Source of the DNA: Chamaesiphon sp.
GTDB taxonomy: Bacteria > Cyanobacteriota > Cyanobacteriia > Cyanobacteriales > Chamaesiphonaceae
Assembly: GCA_965246715.1 (NCBI GenBank)
Contig: CBDFFH010000005.1
Coordinates: forward strand, 96,001-160,000
DNA length: 64,000 nt
Reading direction: 5' to 3'
Every line of letters starts with the position of its first letter. Position 1 is the stretch's first letter. Made by a program: the position numbers and the translations under genes. Positions 11,001-19,754 of this stretch are shown here, in pieces. The notes under the pieces were generated by a model. That model made no database searches and had not been told where the DNA came from. It worked only from the letters and a program-made list of their open reading frames with translations.

Positions 11001-11400
11001 TCATGATTGCCCCCAAACCCATAGTCAGGCTCTCCAGATTTTGAGCAAATAGTGCTTTAACTTGATGTTCATCCCGTTGTTCTGCTTCAATCAAAGCATT
11101 CAGAAAATCTAAATCCTCTTGCTCGTAATCTTCATTTTGACTCTTATCTTCAATCGCTACACCTAACTGCCCAGCTAAATCCTGAGCAAAATTCACCAAC
11201 CAGTCTACAGTCGCTTCTGCCTCTCGACCATCCCGTTCTGTCAGCATCTCAGCTACAGCCAACAAAGCCATTACCAAATTTTCATCAATCAATTCCGATC
11301 TTTTTGCCAGTAATGTCTGCTCCTCTCCCTCTTGACAATCCAATAATTCTTGCACCAGATCTAAATAATCCTGATATTTCCCGTCTTGCCTTTCCGACAT
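8059..11400 (-). CDS. TPR-CHAT caspase-like protease (2)
   Basis: About 7 46-aa TPR repeats; LHSSHHA / FLSACET; C-terminus closely similar to CHAT (1). ATG at 11400 preferred over the track start 11433. Confidence 0.9.
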   Translation of the reverse strand: MSERQDGKYQDYLDLVQELLDCQEGEEQTLLAKRSELIDENLVMALLAVAEMLTERDGREAEATVDWLVNFAQDLAGQLGVAIEDKSQNEDYEQEDLDFLNALIEAEQRDEHQVKALFAQNLESLTMGLGAIMKIYIEQIVATQPQDAEGFVALIENIVIRLYEFPLGNRAQNMEIVIAGLVAVLTVRTRENHSQKWAQTQNNLAAAYSDRIKGDKAENIEKAISFYEAALSIRKKEDFPIQWAGTQNNLAAAYSDRIKWDKAENIEKAISCYEAALEICKKEDFPIQWATTQNNLAVSYKNRIKGDKAENIEKAISCYEAALSIRTKEDFPIQWAGTKNNLAGSWSDRIKGDKAENIEKAIACYEAALEIYKKEDFPIQWATTQNNLAVSYKNRIKGDKSENMEKAIVCYEAALEIRTKGNFPIQWATTQNNLANVYGERIEGHKAENLEKSIGCYEAALEIRTKENFPIEWAGTQENIAIFYLEKGQNDLAIEHYLKALEIFTPETLPINVIKANRGIGNIYLKQEHWQKAIEAYKIAMQSAETSRSWSVNDTERQRVLQTALSVYENAIQCAINLKDYRSAIEYTERVRSRQLVELMASKDLYGDAQVPAEIQAYLTEYRQLNEDIENLREGGDRTMSATKTSRDSQTLRADNEKINSLADRKQILYDKIRTHDPVLAGQIAIAPISHSEIQKLITNAHTAILTCYSTNDHTHIFILKQNQEPELFTCTGQGWNEFQKWLIENWLNPYKQEDNSAWRDRMPSVLAEIAERLQLPQLIADHLSDIQELVLVPHLLLHQIPFAALPTGNSEELLGEKFTIRSIPSCQILKYCQDRSPILTSTQGIVEDADDSLLGARYEGQKIAEIHGVLEIDRLRGKSQATIANYRQLLSRVNRLHSSHHASSNLENPLESALFLADGKITLGDLLMGEKYPNLDEIFLSACETHLGKFTFTDDVATLTTGFLCIGARSVQSTLWSVDDLVTALFDIFYHEARRDGLDRARSLQSAQNRLRNLTGEEFKLYHFPKLIEHVNADSSARIAALKQQIKKLYQQQSTLSNQTEEWQELAETMKSLTQKIKSIESIPEILEGYCTMDRPFESSFYWAGFICQGMA

Positions 11401-11586
11401 CTTAGTTTCCTCTAAGTTATCAACAACTCCCAAACCACCACAAATTTATACTTCTAAACCTGACTTTCTACCACTTAATTAGCCAGCCTTTTAGTGAAGA
11501 TTAGGCTAGTGGTGCAGATTTCTCAATTTTCCATTACATCCCACGATTGAGCTAGGATCGTATCATCCAATTATGTAACATTGGCT

Positions 11587-11928
11587 ATGATAGTTACCCA
11601 ATTCTCTATTGAAACCGATCGAACCTCATCGTCCACACCTATCCTGGTAACACAACGCGCAGATCGGGTCTGGATTGCCAAATTATTAACTTGGGCAGGC
11701 TTTTCAGTTGAAGGCAATAGTCGCGAAGATGCTCTGTTTAAACTAGACCAACAAGTCAAAGCACAGCTAGCCGATGGTGAGATTGCCTACTTAGACTTGC
11801 TATTAGTACAAGCAAAAAACCCCTGGTTGGCGATCGCGGGGAAATACAAAGACGACCCTACTTGGGATGAATACCAAACAGCCATTGCCACAGCCCGCCA
11901 AGCATCCAATGAGAGCGAAGGCATTTGA
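11587..11928 (+). CDS. HicB-like antitoxin (apparently orphan)
   Basis: 'W.A.......G.SREDAL..L' HicB-like pattern and 'NPWLAIAGKYKDDP' tail; no toxin gene follows on the same strand. Confidence 0.6.
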   Translation: MIVTQFSIETDRTSSSTPILVTQRADRVWIAKLLTWAGFSVEGNSREDALFKLDQQVKAQLADGEIAYLDLLLVQAKNPWLAIAGKYKDDPTWDEYQTAIATARQASNESEGI

Positions 11929-11938
11929 CAGAACAGGA

Positions 11939-11970
11939 AAAGGCGATCGCTATATTTATCGATCGCCTTT
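11939..11970. terminator. Bidirectional hairpin between convergent genes
   Basis: aaaggcgatcg-N10-cgatcgccttt. Confidence 0.55.
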
Positions 11971-11978
11971 CTAAATAT

Positions 11979-12224
11979 CTAACCCTTATTTTTGCGTAGA
12001 TGCTGCTTCTGAGCTAACTTTCGGCGTGATTTCCGCGTACCCTTCGCCGCCTTCTTCGCCTTATACTCAGCCTTCGTTTCCTTCCAAGCTTCCCGCGCCG
12101 CCGTCCCCATCAACAACCGAAATATTAGCGGTGCAAAAGCCTGAGCCGGAGGTGCCGTCGCACCCACAACCACCGCCGAAGCCGCAGCACCACCAGCCAA
12201 ACCAAATAATTGTCTACGATTCAC
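11979..12224 (-). CDS. Small Tat-signal cationic peptide
   Basis: NRRQLF twin-arginine motif, Ala/Gly/Val h-region, AQA cleavage site; GGAGG RBS before the GTG; Lys/Arg-rich mature part. Confidence 0.65.
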   Translation of the reverse strand: MNRRQLFGLAGGAAASAVVVGATAPPAQAFAPLIFRLLMGTAAREAWKETKAEYKAKKAAKGTRKSRRKLAQKQHLRKNKG

Positions 12225-12244
12225 AATCTTGCCTCCAGTAATAG

Positions 12245-12655
12245 TTAGAAGTATTTCGCCAGCACACCTTTCTTTCTTCCTCGCGCCATCGCCCGTTGCG
12301 GACGACTGCGATTGTCATTGGTAATTTCAAACCGTAAGTGTTTGGGATTGATGCTTCCCCGTTTCATCGGATGATGCCCGATATCATAGCCCTTGGGATT
12401 TTTGAACCGAGGGAAACCAGTCTTCCCCTTCCGCTGCCAGCGATTCAACTGACTTTGCAATGCACCGCGAATAAATTTGGGCTGCTTGGGGTTGATTAGT
12501 GCCCCGCGCATAAACAGTTGTCTGGCCTTTCCCCAGCCACGCGGAGATTTTGCTTCGGCTGGCTGCCCAGAAGCTAATAAAACCAACAGCACCAGCAGGG
12601 CTGCCATATATTTACCAAAACGATTCGCCACAGGCGACGCTACACGATCGAACAC
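12245..12655 (-). CDS. Small secreted protein with a polymorphic-toxin nuclease-like motif (Ntox8/GH-E HNH-like)
   Basis: Sec signal ending AEA|K; 'PKQPKFIRG...NPKGYDIGH...NPKHLRFE...NRS'. Confidence 0.55.
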   Translation of the reverse strand: MFDRVASPVANRFGKYMAALLVLLVLLASGQPAEAKSPRGWGKARQLFMRGALINPKQPKFIRGALQSQLNRWQRKGKTGFPRFKNPKGYDIGHHPMKRGSINPKHLRFEITNDNRSRPQRAMARGRKKGVLAKYF

Positions 12656-12762
12656 GATTGAATCTCCATTACTTGTCTTACCAATTATTTATCGGAGTTC
12701 ATCTGGCAATTTTGGCAAAATTTGGAAAATTTATTTACCTTGTTCCAAAATCTCCGCCACAT

Positions 12763-12800
12763 ATCAAGACTCGATCGATTGGGGTCGATCGAGTCTTGAT
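12763..12800. terminator. Long perfect hairpin downstream of CHAT (3)
   Basis: atcaagactcgatcga-ttgggg-tcgatcgagtcttgat (16-bp arms). Confidence 0.5.
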
Positions 12801-12889
12801 TAATCCTCCGCAGAGCGCGGACTTATAGCGTGTTAGGGTGACACTGGTGATAGCGATCGGTCAAATCGATCGCCATTGTCCAAACAGTT

Positions 12890-15800
12890 TTAGGGCAAGC
12901 CTTGGCACGTAAATGCAGCCCAGTAAACTGGGTCAGAGAATGGGCGATCTTGACCACAGAGATATTTCAAGTTTTCGGTCATGTCTTCGACTTTTTGGAG
13001 CCGCTCGAATGATGCTTCAGCAGCTTTCTCCCCTTTGGTTAGCTCTACATCATGGGCGCGGGATAGTTGCTCGCGGTTAATTTCCAGACATGCTTCTAGC
13101 CGCTCACCGTAAACATTATCCAGAGTGGCACCAGAGAGCTGGCGGAGCTGCTGCTGGGCAGCTTGGAGGGCGCGGGGTCGATCGAGTCCCCGTTTTCGTT
13201 GTTCGTAGTAGAAGATGCACATCAGGGCAGCGGAGAGTTGATCTACCGACCAGAGGGTGGCGATGACGGTTCTGGCTCCGGCACAGAGGAAGCCGCTGGC
13301 TAGGGTGAAGACTTCATCGGTGGTGGTTTGGCTGATGCCAAAGGCGGTTTCGCAGCAGGACAAAAAGACTTCTTGGAGTCCGGTGAGTTGCCAAACTAGG
13401 AGTTGAGCCAGGGTGATATTGCCATCGGCGAGGGCGAGGCTGGATTTGAGGGGTTCGTTGGGGTTGGAGCTGGCATGATGGTAGGAATGGAGGATGTTGA
13501 CGGTCTGGGCGAGTTGTTTGAAGTTGTCGATCGTGGCTTCCGTTGTACCGCACAGGCGTTGGGCTAAGGGAATGTTCAGGAGGGTGGCGATCTCTTCGCC
13601 CTGGAAGATCCCATAGGGTACGTCGAGGCTTGCTCCTTCGATGATGCCGTAGTTGAGGTTGACATTAAGTTCTGGTCGATCGTCACAGATTTTGAGAATT
13701 TCGCAACTAGGGGCATAGCGGATGGTAAAGCGATCTCCTAGAAGTTTTGCTCCATCTTTAGTATTGGTTGGGAGCGCGGCAAAGGGGATTTGATGGAGGT
13801 AGAGGTGGGGAATGAGGATTAGGTCGGTGATGGTGTCATCTAGGTGTTGAGCGATGAGGGTGTCGATCGATAGTCGATCGCTACATTCTTGCAAAAATGG
13901 TGTGATTTGTTTCGACCATTCTCTGTAATTTTTATCGGCATAATAGGGTTTAATCCATTGTTCCAAAATTGCATTATGGAAGGTATCGAAGCCTTGGTCG
14001 GGACAATGGTGGACGGCGATCTGAAGTTGTTGTTGGGAATCGCGGCGGGCGATGAAGATGAAGGTATCGGTGGGGGTGGAGAAGAAGCTGAGGAGGGCGG
14101 TGTGGGTATCCTTGCCTATGAGTTTGTTGATATCCGCGATCTCTAGGGGGAGGATGCGTTTACCAGCGGCGGCGATCGGATCTTGACGACGGAGTTCTTG
14201 CCAGAGGGTGGTTTGTTGGGCTTCTAGAGCGGTGACGTGCTGTTGCTCGATCTCACTGATACTGGGGCGGAGGGTATCCAGGGTGAGGGTTTGGGAATTG
14301 CCATCGAGTTTGTGATAAATGGCATCGATTTGACGCTGGAGGGCATCGTAGGCATCGAGTTTCGTTTTGATGTCGGTGGGGATTTCGCCTTTCTGATAAA
14401 AATCATTGACGCGCATCAGGTCGGAAAGCCGCTTAGAACGGGATCGTTCGGCGTATTGGAGGGCTTCGGGGTAGCGATGGAGTTGAATTTGGGCTTGGAC
14501 GATGTTGGTATAGACTTCGATCGCGTTAGATTGGACTTCTTCCCGATGGCTTTCTTCCCTAGACCAAGCACGACTTTGTTCGATCGCTTCAATTGCCAAG
14601 CTGTAACCTTCGATGGATATTTCCCAGTTGCCTAATTTAAAGCCCAGATTGCCAAGAGTTCGACCAGTTCTCAAGCAATCAGCGGCTAGGGTGTTGGGGT
14701 TGAAGAATTGGAGAGCTGCACGGTAGGATTCGATCGCCAGGTTGTTGTTCGCCTCTGGTTCCACTCCCATTTCGGCGAGGATTAAATAGGCGTTTCCCCG
14801 ATTAGTGAGGGTAGAAGAGAGGTTGCGGGTCAGACCAGCAGCACTTCTAATCTCAGCAGCTTCATCATAATCGGCGATCGCACTGCGGAGATTGGTCATT
14901 CCATCCACACCCATTTTGGCGAGGATTAAATAGGCATTTCCCCGATTATTGAGGATGGATGAGAGGTCGCGTGTCAGTTTGGCAGCCCGTCTAATCTCGG
15001 CAGCTTCATCATAATCGGCGATCGCCCTGCGGAGATTAGTCACTCCATCCACTCCCATTCCGGCGAGGGTTGAATAGGCATTTCCCCGATTATTGAGGGT
15101 AGAAGAGAGGTCGCGTGTCAGTTTGGCAGCCCGTCTAATCTCGGCAGCTTCATCATAATCGGCGATGGCGAGGTAGAGATTAGTCACTCCATCTACACCC
15201 ATATCGGCGAGGGTTAAATAGGTATTTCCCCGATTATTGAGGGTAGAAGAGAGGTCGCGTGTCAGTTTGGTAGCCCGTCTAATCTCGGCAGCTTCATCAT
15301 AATCGGCGATCGCCCTGCGGAGATTAGTCACTCCATCCACCCCCATTCTTCCGAGGGTTTGATAGGCAGCACCTCGATTAGTAAAAGTTTGAGCGCGTTT
15401 GGGTTGATTGTTCCGAATCAGGTTGAGGACGATCTCATACCCAGCCACTGCAATTTCATTCACCTCTAGAAATTTGCCATAGGGAAATTTCTGTAGGTAA
15501 ATGCAAATATTTCCAAGCATTCCCGCCATGGACTCCGATTCCTGGGGGTGCTGCGCTAGGATATCGGCCACAAATTGCCCCATCGCCGCACCCAAGGATC
15601 GATCCACCTGAGCCAAATTATTACACATTAAATTATGAATGGTGACAGTAGCCTGTCCCTCATTTTCCATTTCGGCTAAGATTAGCTGGTGCAAAAATTC
15701 CCTTGCGCCCTGCTCGCTCTTACCTAGCAAATAGCGGGTCAATTGAGTCGCCGAATCCTGTAAAAATCTGGCTTTATTGCTCTGCCTCTCTCCCAGCATC

Positions 15801-15946
15801 TGTGCCGCTACATCCTCCATTACAGCAACTAACCCCATATCTATCAATTCCTGCTGGGCATTCAGCACATCATTTTCTTCCCCATGAGGGCAAGTCAAAA
15901 GTGCCTGAATCAATTCCAAATAAGCCCGTAATCTTTGTTCGTCCAT
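12890..15946 (-). CDS. TPR-CHAT caspase-like protease (3)
   Basis: 48-aa TPR repeats (144-bp period, e.g. gagaggtcgcg at 14961 and 15105); LHSYHHA / FLSCCET; VYWAAF end. Confidence 0.9.
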   Translation of the reverse strand: MDEQRLRAYLELIQALLTCPHGEENDVLNAQQELIDMGLVAVMEDVAAQMLGERQSNKARFLQDSATQLTRYLLGKSEQGAREFLHQLILAEMENEGQATVTIHNLMCNNLAQVDRSLGAAMGQFVADILAQHPQESESMAGMLGNICIYLQKFPYGKFLEVNEIAVAGYEIVLNLIRNNQPKRAQTFTNRGAAYQTLGRMGVDGVTNLRRAIADYDEAAEIRRATKLTRDLSSTLNNRGNTYLTLADMGVDGVTNLYLAIADYDEAAEIRRAAKLTRDLSSTLNNRGNAYSTLAGMGVDGVTNLRRAIADYDEAAEIRRAAKLTRDLSSILNNRGNAYLILAKMGVDGMTNLRSAIADYDEAAEIRSAAGLTRNLSSTLTNRGNAYLILAEMGVEPEANNNLAIESYRAALQFFNPNTLAADCLRTGRTLGNLGFKLGNWEISIEGYSLAIEAIEQSRAWSREESHREEVQSNAIEVYTNIVQAQIQLHRYPEALQYAERSRSKRLSDLMRVNDFYQKGEIPTDIKTKLDAYDALQRQIDAIYHKLDGNSQTLTLDTLRPSISEIEQQHVTALEAQQTTLWQELRRQDPIAAAGKRILPLEIADINKLIGKDTHTALLSFFSTPTDTFIFIARRDSQQQLQIAVHHCPDQGFDTFHNAILEQWIKPYYADKNYREWSKQITPFLQECSDRLSIDTLIAQHLDDTITDLILIPHLYLHQIPFAALPTNTKDGAKLLGDRFTIRYAPSCEILKICDDRPELNVNLNYGIIEGASLDVPYGIFQGEEIATLLNIPLAQRLCGTTEATIDNFKQLAQTVNILHSYHHASSNPNEPLKSSLALADGNITLAQLLVWQLTGLQEVFLSCCETAFGISQTTTDEVFTLASGFLCAGARTVIATLWSVDQLSAALMCIFYYEQRKRGLDRPRALQAAQQQLRQLSGATLDNVYGERLEACLEINREQLSRAHDVELTKGEKAAEASFERLQKVEDMTENLKYLCGQDRPFSDPVYWAAFTCQGLP

Positions 15947-15974
15947 GAGTATCTCCAATATTTTTAACGCAAAC

Positions 15975-16820
15975 CTAGTTAGATCGATGTTGCCGAAACC
16001 AAGCCGCCACCTTCAACGCCAGCGATTTGTCAAAGTCAACGCTTCCCGATCGCAGTTCCCCCTCTGCCTTAACTGATTCCACCTCATCCTCATCACTCAA
16101 AACCACCAGCTCCCGCTCTCGCACCTCTGACTGTTGTTGCAACTCCTGCAAATACACCTCCACCCGCCGATTTTGTAAATCTGGATTAGATTCCAGCAAA
16201 AATATTTGTTCCAAACTTGCCACAATCCCATTCAAAGCTCGATCGGCGAACTGTGCCTGTACCTCCTCTAGCAGTCGATCTTCACTATCCTCCACCACCG
16301 TCATCACCCGCTGAATCGTCCGCAAATAACTGGGCAAAGACTCCACCGACTGCTTCCGAAACTGCCGTACACTCAGAGCCAACGTATTCGAGGGATATTC
16401 ATAAACGAATCCCAGCAACTGCGCTCGATCGAGCATCGCCCCAAACCCCACCGCTACATAAGCCACCCGATCCTCCACCGCCGTCAACGGAATTTCCACA
16501 GGCACACCACGATCCAATAACACCGGACGGCATTCGATTTTACCTACACCCACTACTTCTAAATCGGCCACATCGATCGGTGTCGCCAAACTCGGTTGCC
16601 AACTATCACTCGCCGCCCAATTGGTGTCAATTCCTGCTTCCTGCAAAAAACTTTCCACCGCATAAACCGCCAGCGTATTCAGATAAACCTTTTCCGCCAA
16701 ATCCACATTCGGCATTCCCACCGCAAACGATCGCGCCTGAAGTTGCACCGCCGTGGGAATCGAGATTTCGATTACATTACTTGTCATCATATTTTTCCTG
16801 GGTAATACAAAATTGCTCAC
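15975..16820 (-). CDS. DUF1822 family protein
   Basis: Typical 'ARSFA...KVYLNTLAVYAV..FL...SDSW...DVADL...GKIECRPV...DRVAYVAV...LLGF'. Confidence 0.8.
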   Translation of the reverse strand: MSNFVLPRKNMMTSNVIEISIPTAVQLQARSFAVGMPNVDLAEKVYLNTLAVYAVESFLQEAGIDTNWAASDSWQPSLATPIDVADLEVVGVGKIECRPVLLDRGVPVEIPLTAVEDRVAYVAVGFGAMLDRAQLLGFVYEYPSNTLALSVRQFRKQSVESLPSYLRTIQRVMTVVEDSEDRLLEEVQAQFADRALNGIVASLEQIFLLESNPDLQNRRVEVYLQELQQQSEVRERELVVLSDEDEVESVKAEGELRSGSVDFDKSLALKVAAWFRQHRSN

Positions 16821-16825
16821 AACAC

Positions 16826-17899
16826 CTAACCAAAAAACACGCTAACCATCTTGGCTAAAGGCTTCTGGCACTTCCGCACCCAAAAATCCGCCAACATCTC
16901 CGCCGTCAGCTTCTTGTAACCAAACCGCTCCTGTGCCAACTTAGCGATCGCCTCAAAATCCACAGGCGGATCGCTATAGATCCAGAGATGCTGCTGTGCC
17001 ACAAACTGCACCGTCACCTTGGGCATCTTGTTCTTTATTGGTGTCTGCAACACACAATTGGTATCTCGATCGATATCCTCCCGCACCATCGCCGATTGCT
17101 CGTCCGTCAACAAATTAGGCTCTAACAACAACGACTGGGCGCGAGGCACCACATGACGTTCATAAAAAGGGTAAAACTTGTGATATTTCATGCCGTATGC
17201 CGTGGCTAGATCTGTTAGATCGTCCGGTGGCCGTTTAAATCCCATCCGCCACAACACATCTCGCACCGTACAGGTTGGACAGTCAGCATGACTGAAATCC
17301 AACAACTCCGAACTGCCATTTTCTATCAACTCCAGCCACCGATTCTTCGTAACTGATAAATCTTGTGCCAGCATTTCTCTCAAATCTGAGGCTTGGGGTT
17401 GTTCCGCAAAATCTTGCCAATCTAACTGCTCGTCCAGCGATGAGAGTTGATCTCGCTTTTGCTTTCTAAAATAATTGCTGACTGTTGCTTGCACCGCATA
17501 GCGAAAATAGGTACGACAGCAACCCACAACACTAAATCCCGTCGGCGAAAACTTCGGCAAAGTGATTTGCATAAAGTACAAACAACTATCTTGGGCAAGA
17601 TCTTCGATCGTTACTCGATCCTTAATTCCCCACTGCCGAATCCAGTAATAGAGGAACTGGAGCTTATCCCCAGTCAGCAACGGAAACACCTGACCCTCCA
17701 GCCGTTGCTGGACGATTGGGGACGACGCAGCCAACAACTCCGTCAAGATCTGCTTGAACTGGGAGTCTTCAGAGGTCAGACTCGATCGACTTTCCAAACA
17801 ATCATACAAATGCTGCCAGATAGATGAGTGCGATCGAGTCTCTTTCAGAGACACTTCGTGAACGGACATAGGCGGCGAAACCTCTTGTTGTATTACCAT
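16826..17899 (-). CDS. Sigma-70-like protein with a duplicated C-terminal HTH domain
   Basis: Region 2-like 'IEDLAQD..LYF....KFSP....TYF.Y....SSLD' followed by two similar ~80-aa units. Start uncertain (17899 or 17869). Confidence 0.6.
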   Translation of the reverse strand: MVIQQEVSPPMSVHEVSLKETRSHSSIWQHLYDCLESRSSLTSEDSQFKQILTELLAASSPIVQQRLEGQVFPLLTGDKLQFLYYWIRQWGIKDRVTIEDLAQDSCLYFMQITLPKFSPTGFSVVGCCRTYFRYAVQATVSNYFRKQKRDQLSSLDEQLDWQDFAEQPQASDLREMLAQDLSVTKNRWLELIENGSSELLDFSHADCPTCTVRDVLWRMGFKRPPDDLTDLATAYGMKYHKFYPFYERHVVPRAQSLLLEPNLLTDEQSAMVREDIDRDTNCVLQTPIKNKMPKVTVQFVAQQHLWIYSDPPVDFEAIAKLAQERFGYKKLTAEMLADFWVRKCQKPLAKMVSVFFG

Positions 17900-18509
17900 A
17901 TATAGGCTAATCCTCCAATATATTAGGTGGCCAGCGCAGCAATGAATCTTAGCCATCACGCACCAGCCATTTAAGTAACAGCAAGATTTATCAAAAGTTG
18001 GCAAAAATCGTCAACTTTCTTCAAATCCTTGGCTAGAGGACTTTGTAGCTAGCTTAACCACCACACCAATTTGCCAACTCCAACTCAGAATAGCTATCTT
18101 CCAAGGTTGCCAAAGGACAAATAACATAATTAGGACATCGATCGATCGCCAAGCGGTTTGGGACGAGAATCGGATCTGTCGTCCCTGTGAAAATCACTTC
18201 CATCCACAGATACTGCCAGATAAATAGTTCGATCTGATTTGTAAATAGAGAACAAGACTGAGTAGTTGCCATAAATTTGTTGGTTCTATTTCCTTACCTA
18301 CACCTAGATATCGCAACCGTCGCTAATTTTTTGGCAAGAACATTAGGCTGTCAGACAATAAATTCCAGAGCTATTTCACCTCCAATCGCATTTGATATCT
18401 TAACGATCGAATCAAGCCAAAAGTGCCAAATTCCAAAGACTCTGGGCGATAGATCCTTATCGAGTTGTATGACAGGCTCGTGCAACATCAGTAGCTGAGG
18501 GCCGGATTT

Positions 18510-19610
18510 GTGATTGAGCGAAAATTGGCATTGAAAAAACTCGTTCGCGTAGCGTCCCCTTTGGGGAATCGACTCCAATCGATCGGGTCTGGATTGAACC
18601 GCCGTAAAGCGATCGGAATTATCGCCACCATCCTCGCTTTAACCGGAGCCACTGGCTGTGGTAAACAAGTCTCGATCGATGAATATCCCGCTGTAGCAGC
18701 CGAAAACTTCAACCCTAAACAACTCCCCATACTGCGAAAGCACATTCTCGCGATGTACTTTAGCCGTTACCTCGCTGGAGCTAATAACGACGAGCACAGT
18801 GTCCGCCGCCAGGTGCGCTACTATCGCACTCGCGGCATCAACACCCTAATTGTGGGCGTGTGGGGCAATGGCTGTGCGATGTATCAAAGCGAAGTTACCA
18901 AAAGGCTGCTCGGTCAATCTAGCTGTCCCAACACCTTCCCAGATCGGTGGCTGGATTGGACGATCGACGAAGCCAAGAAACAGGGAATGCAAGTTCACGC
19001 CTACTTCGAGCGCGGCATCAAGATCGATAATAGTAGCCTAATCTACAATCTCGCCGTCACCCGCAAATGGTTAATCCCAGGAGTCGATCGCACCTATCCC
19101 AAGATGGAACAGTATGTCTTCGATGTCGAACATCCCGAAGTAATCGCCCTGTTTAAAGGCGTGATGGCTGAATTTGTCAACAGATACCCGACGATCGATG
19201 CCGTGCAGTGGGACGACTTTCTCGCCTACTCTGTGAAGCTCCCAGGCATAAATCGCACTGCCAAACTGACCAAATTCTCGATCGATCTGTATCACATTAC
19301 CAAACGAGCTAATCCCAGAGTTAGCTTCGATCTGTGCCATCTCAACCCTGATTGGTCGAAACGGACATTATCAGCCGACTGGAAACGCTGGAAAATCGAT
19401 CGAGCGTTTGTCCAACTTTACAGCGAACCGACCTTCAGACAAGAACTAGCCTACGCCGAAAACAGTGCGGGAATTGCCATCACCGATAGACAGTTACACC
19501 GCCTACCAGCACTGCTCAAGAACCCCAAAATCAAAGGAATCTTCATTTTCCCCCTCACAGGCAATCCCCGCATGGCTGCGGCGAATCTACAGCTAGCCGC
19601 AGTCAAATAA
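18510..19610 (+). CDS. Glycosyl hydrolase-like 10 (GHL10/YddW-type) lipoprotein
   Basis: Lipobox-like ATGC; 'GINTL...VW..G', 'GMQVHAYFE.G', 'HPEV', 'DAVQWDD'. Confidence 0.75.
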   Translation: MIERKLALKKLVRVASPLGNRLQSIGSGLNRRKAIGIIATILALTGATGCGKQVSIDEYPAVAAENFNPKQLPILRKHILAMYFSRYLAGANNDEHSVRRQVRYYRTRGINTLIVGVWGNGCAMYQSEVTKRLLGQSSCPNTFPDRWLDWTIDEAKKQGMQVHAYFERGIKIDNSSLIYNLAVTRKWLIPGVDRTYPKMEQYVFDVEHPEVIALFKGVMAEFVNRYPTIDAVQWDDFLAYSVKLPGINRTAKLTKFSIDLYHITKRANPRVSFDLCHLNPDWSKRTLSADWKRWKIDRAFVQLYSEPTFRQELAYAENSAGIAITDRQLHRLPALLKNPKIKGIFIFPLTGNPRMAAANLQLAAVK

Positions 19611-19754
19611 ATGGCCCTTTTATTGCCACCAATCTTACCAATGACAAGCGGACTATCTCGATCGGGCGAAATGCTTCGATCTTATATTGTTGCAGCTAGT
19701 CTTTTACTAGTGTATGATTAGTATTTCAGCATTGAAGGAATTGGGTTAATTAAA

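Noticed and set aside
4690..15400. Regularly spaced repeats that might suggest CRISPR arrays
   Set aside because: Periods are 138 and 144 bp, in-frame, and encode TPR units; there are no unique spacers and no cas genes in the window.
16217..16858. 213-aa Pro-rich plus-strand ORF and the many other short antisense ORFs in the track
   Set aside because: Shadow frames of well-supported genes on the opposite strand, with no recognisable motifs.
18004..18510. Short ORFs in the divergent gap upstream of the sigma-like gene
   Set aside because: Mutually overlapping with no motifs; more likely promoter DNA.
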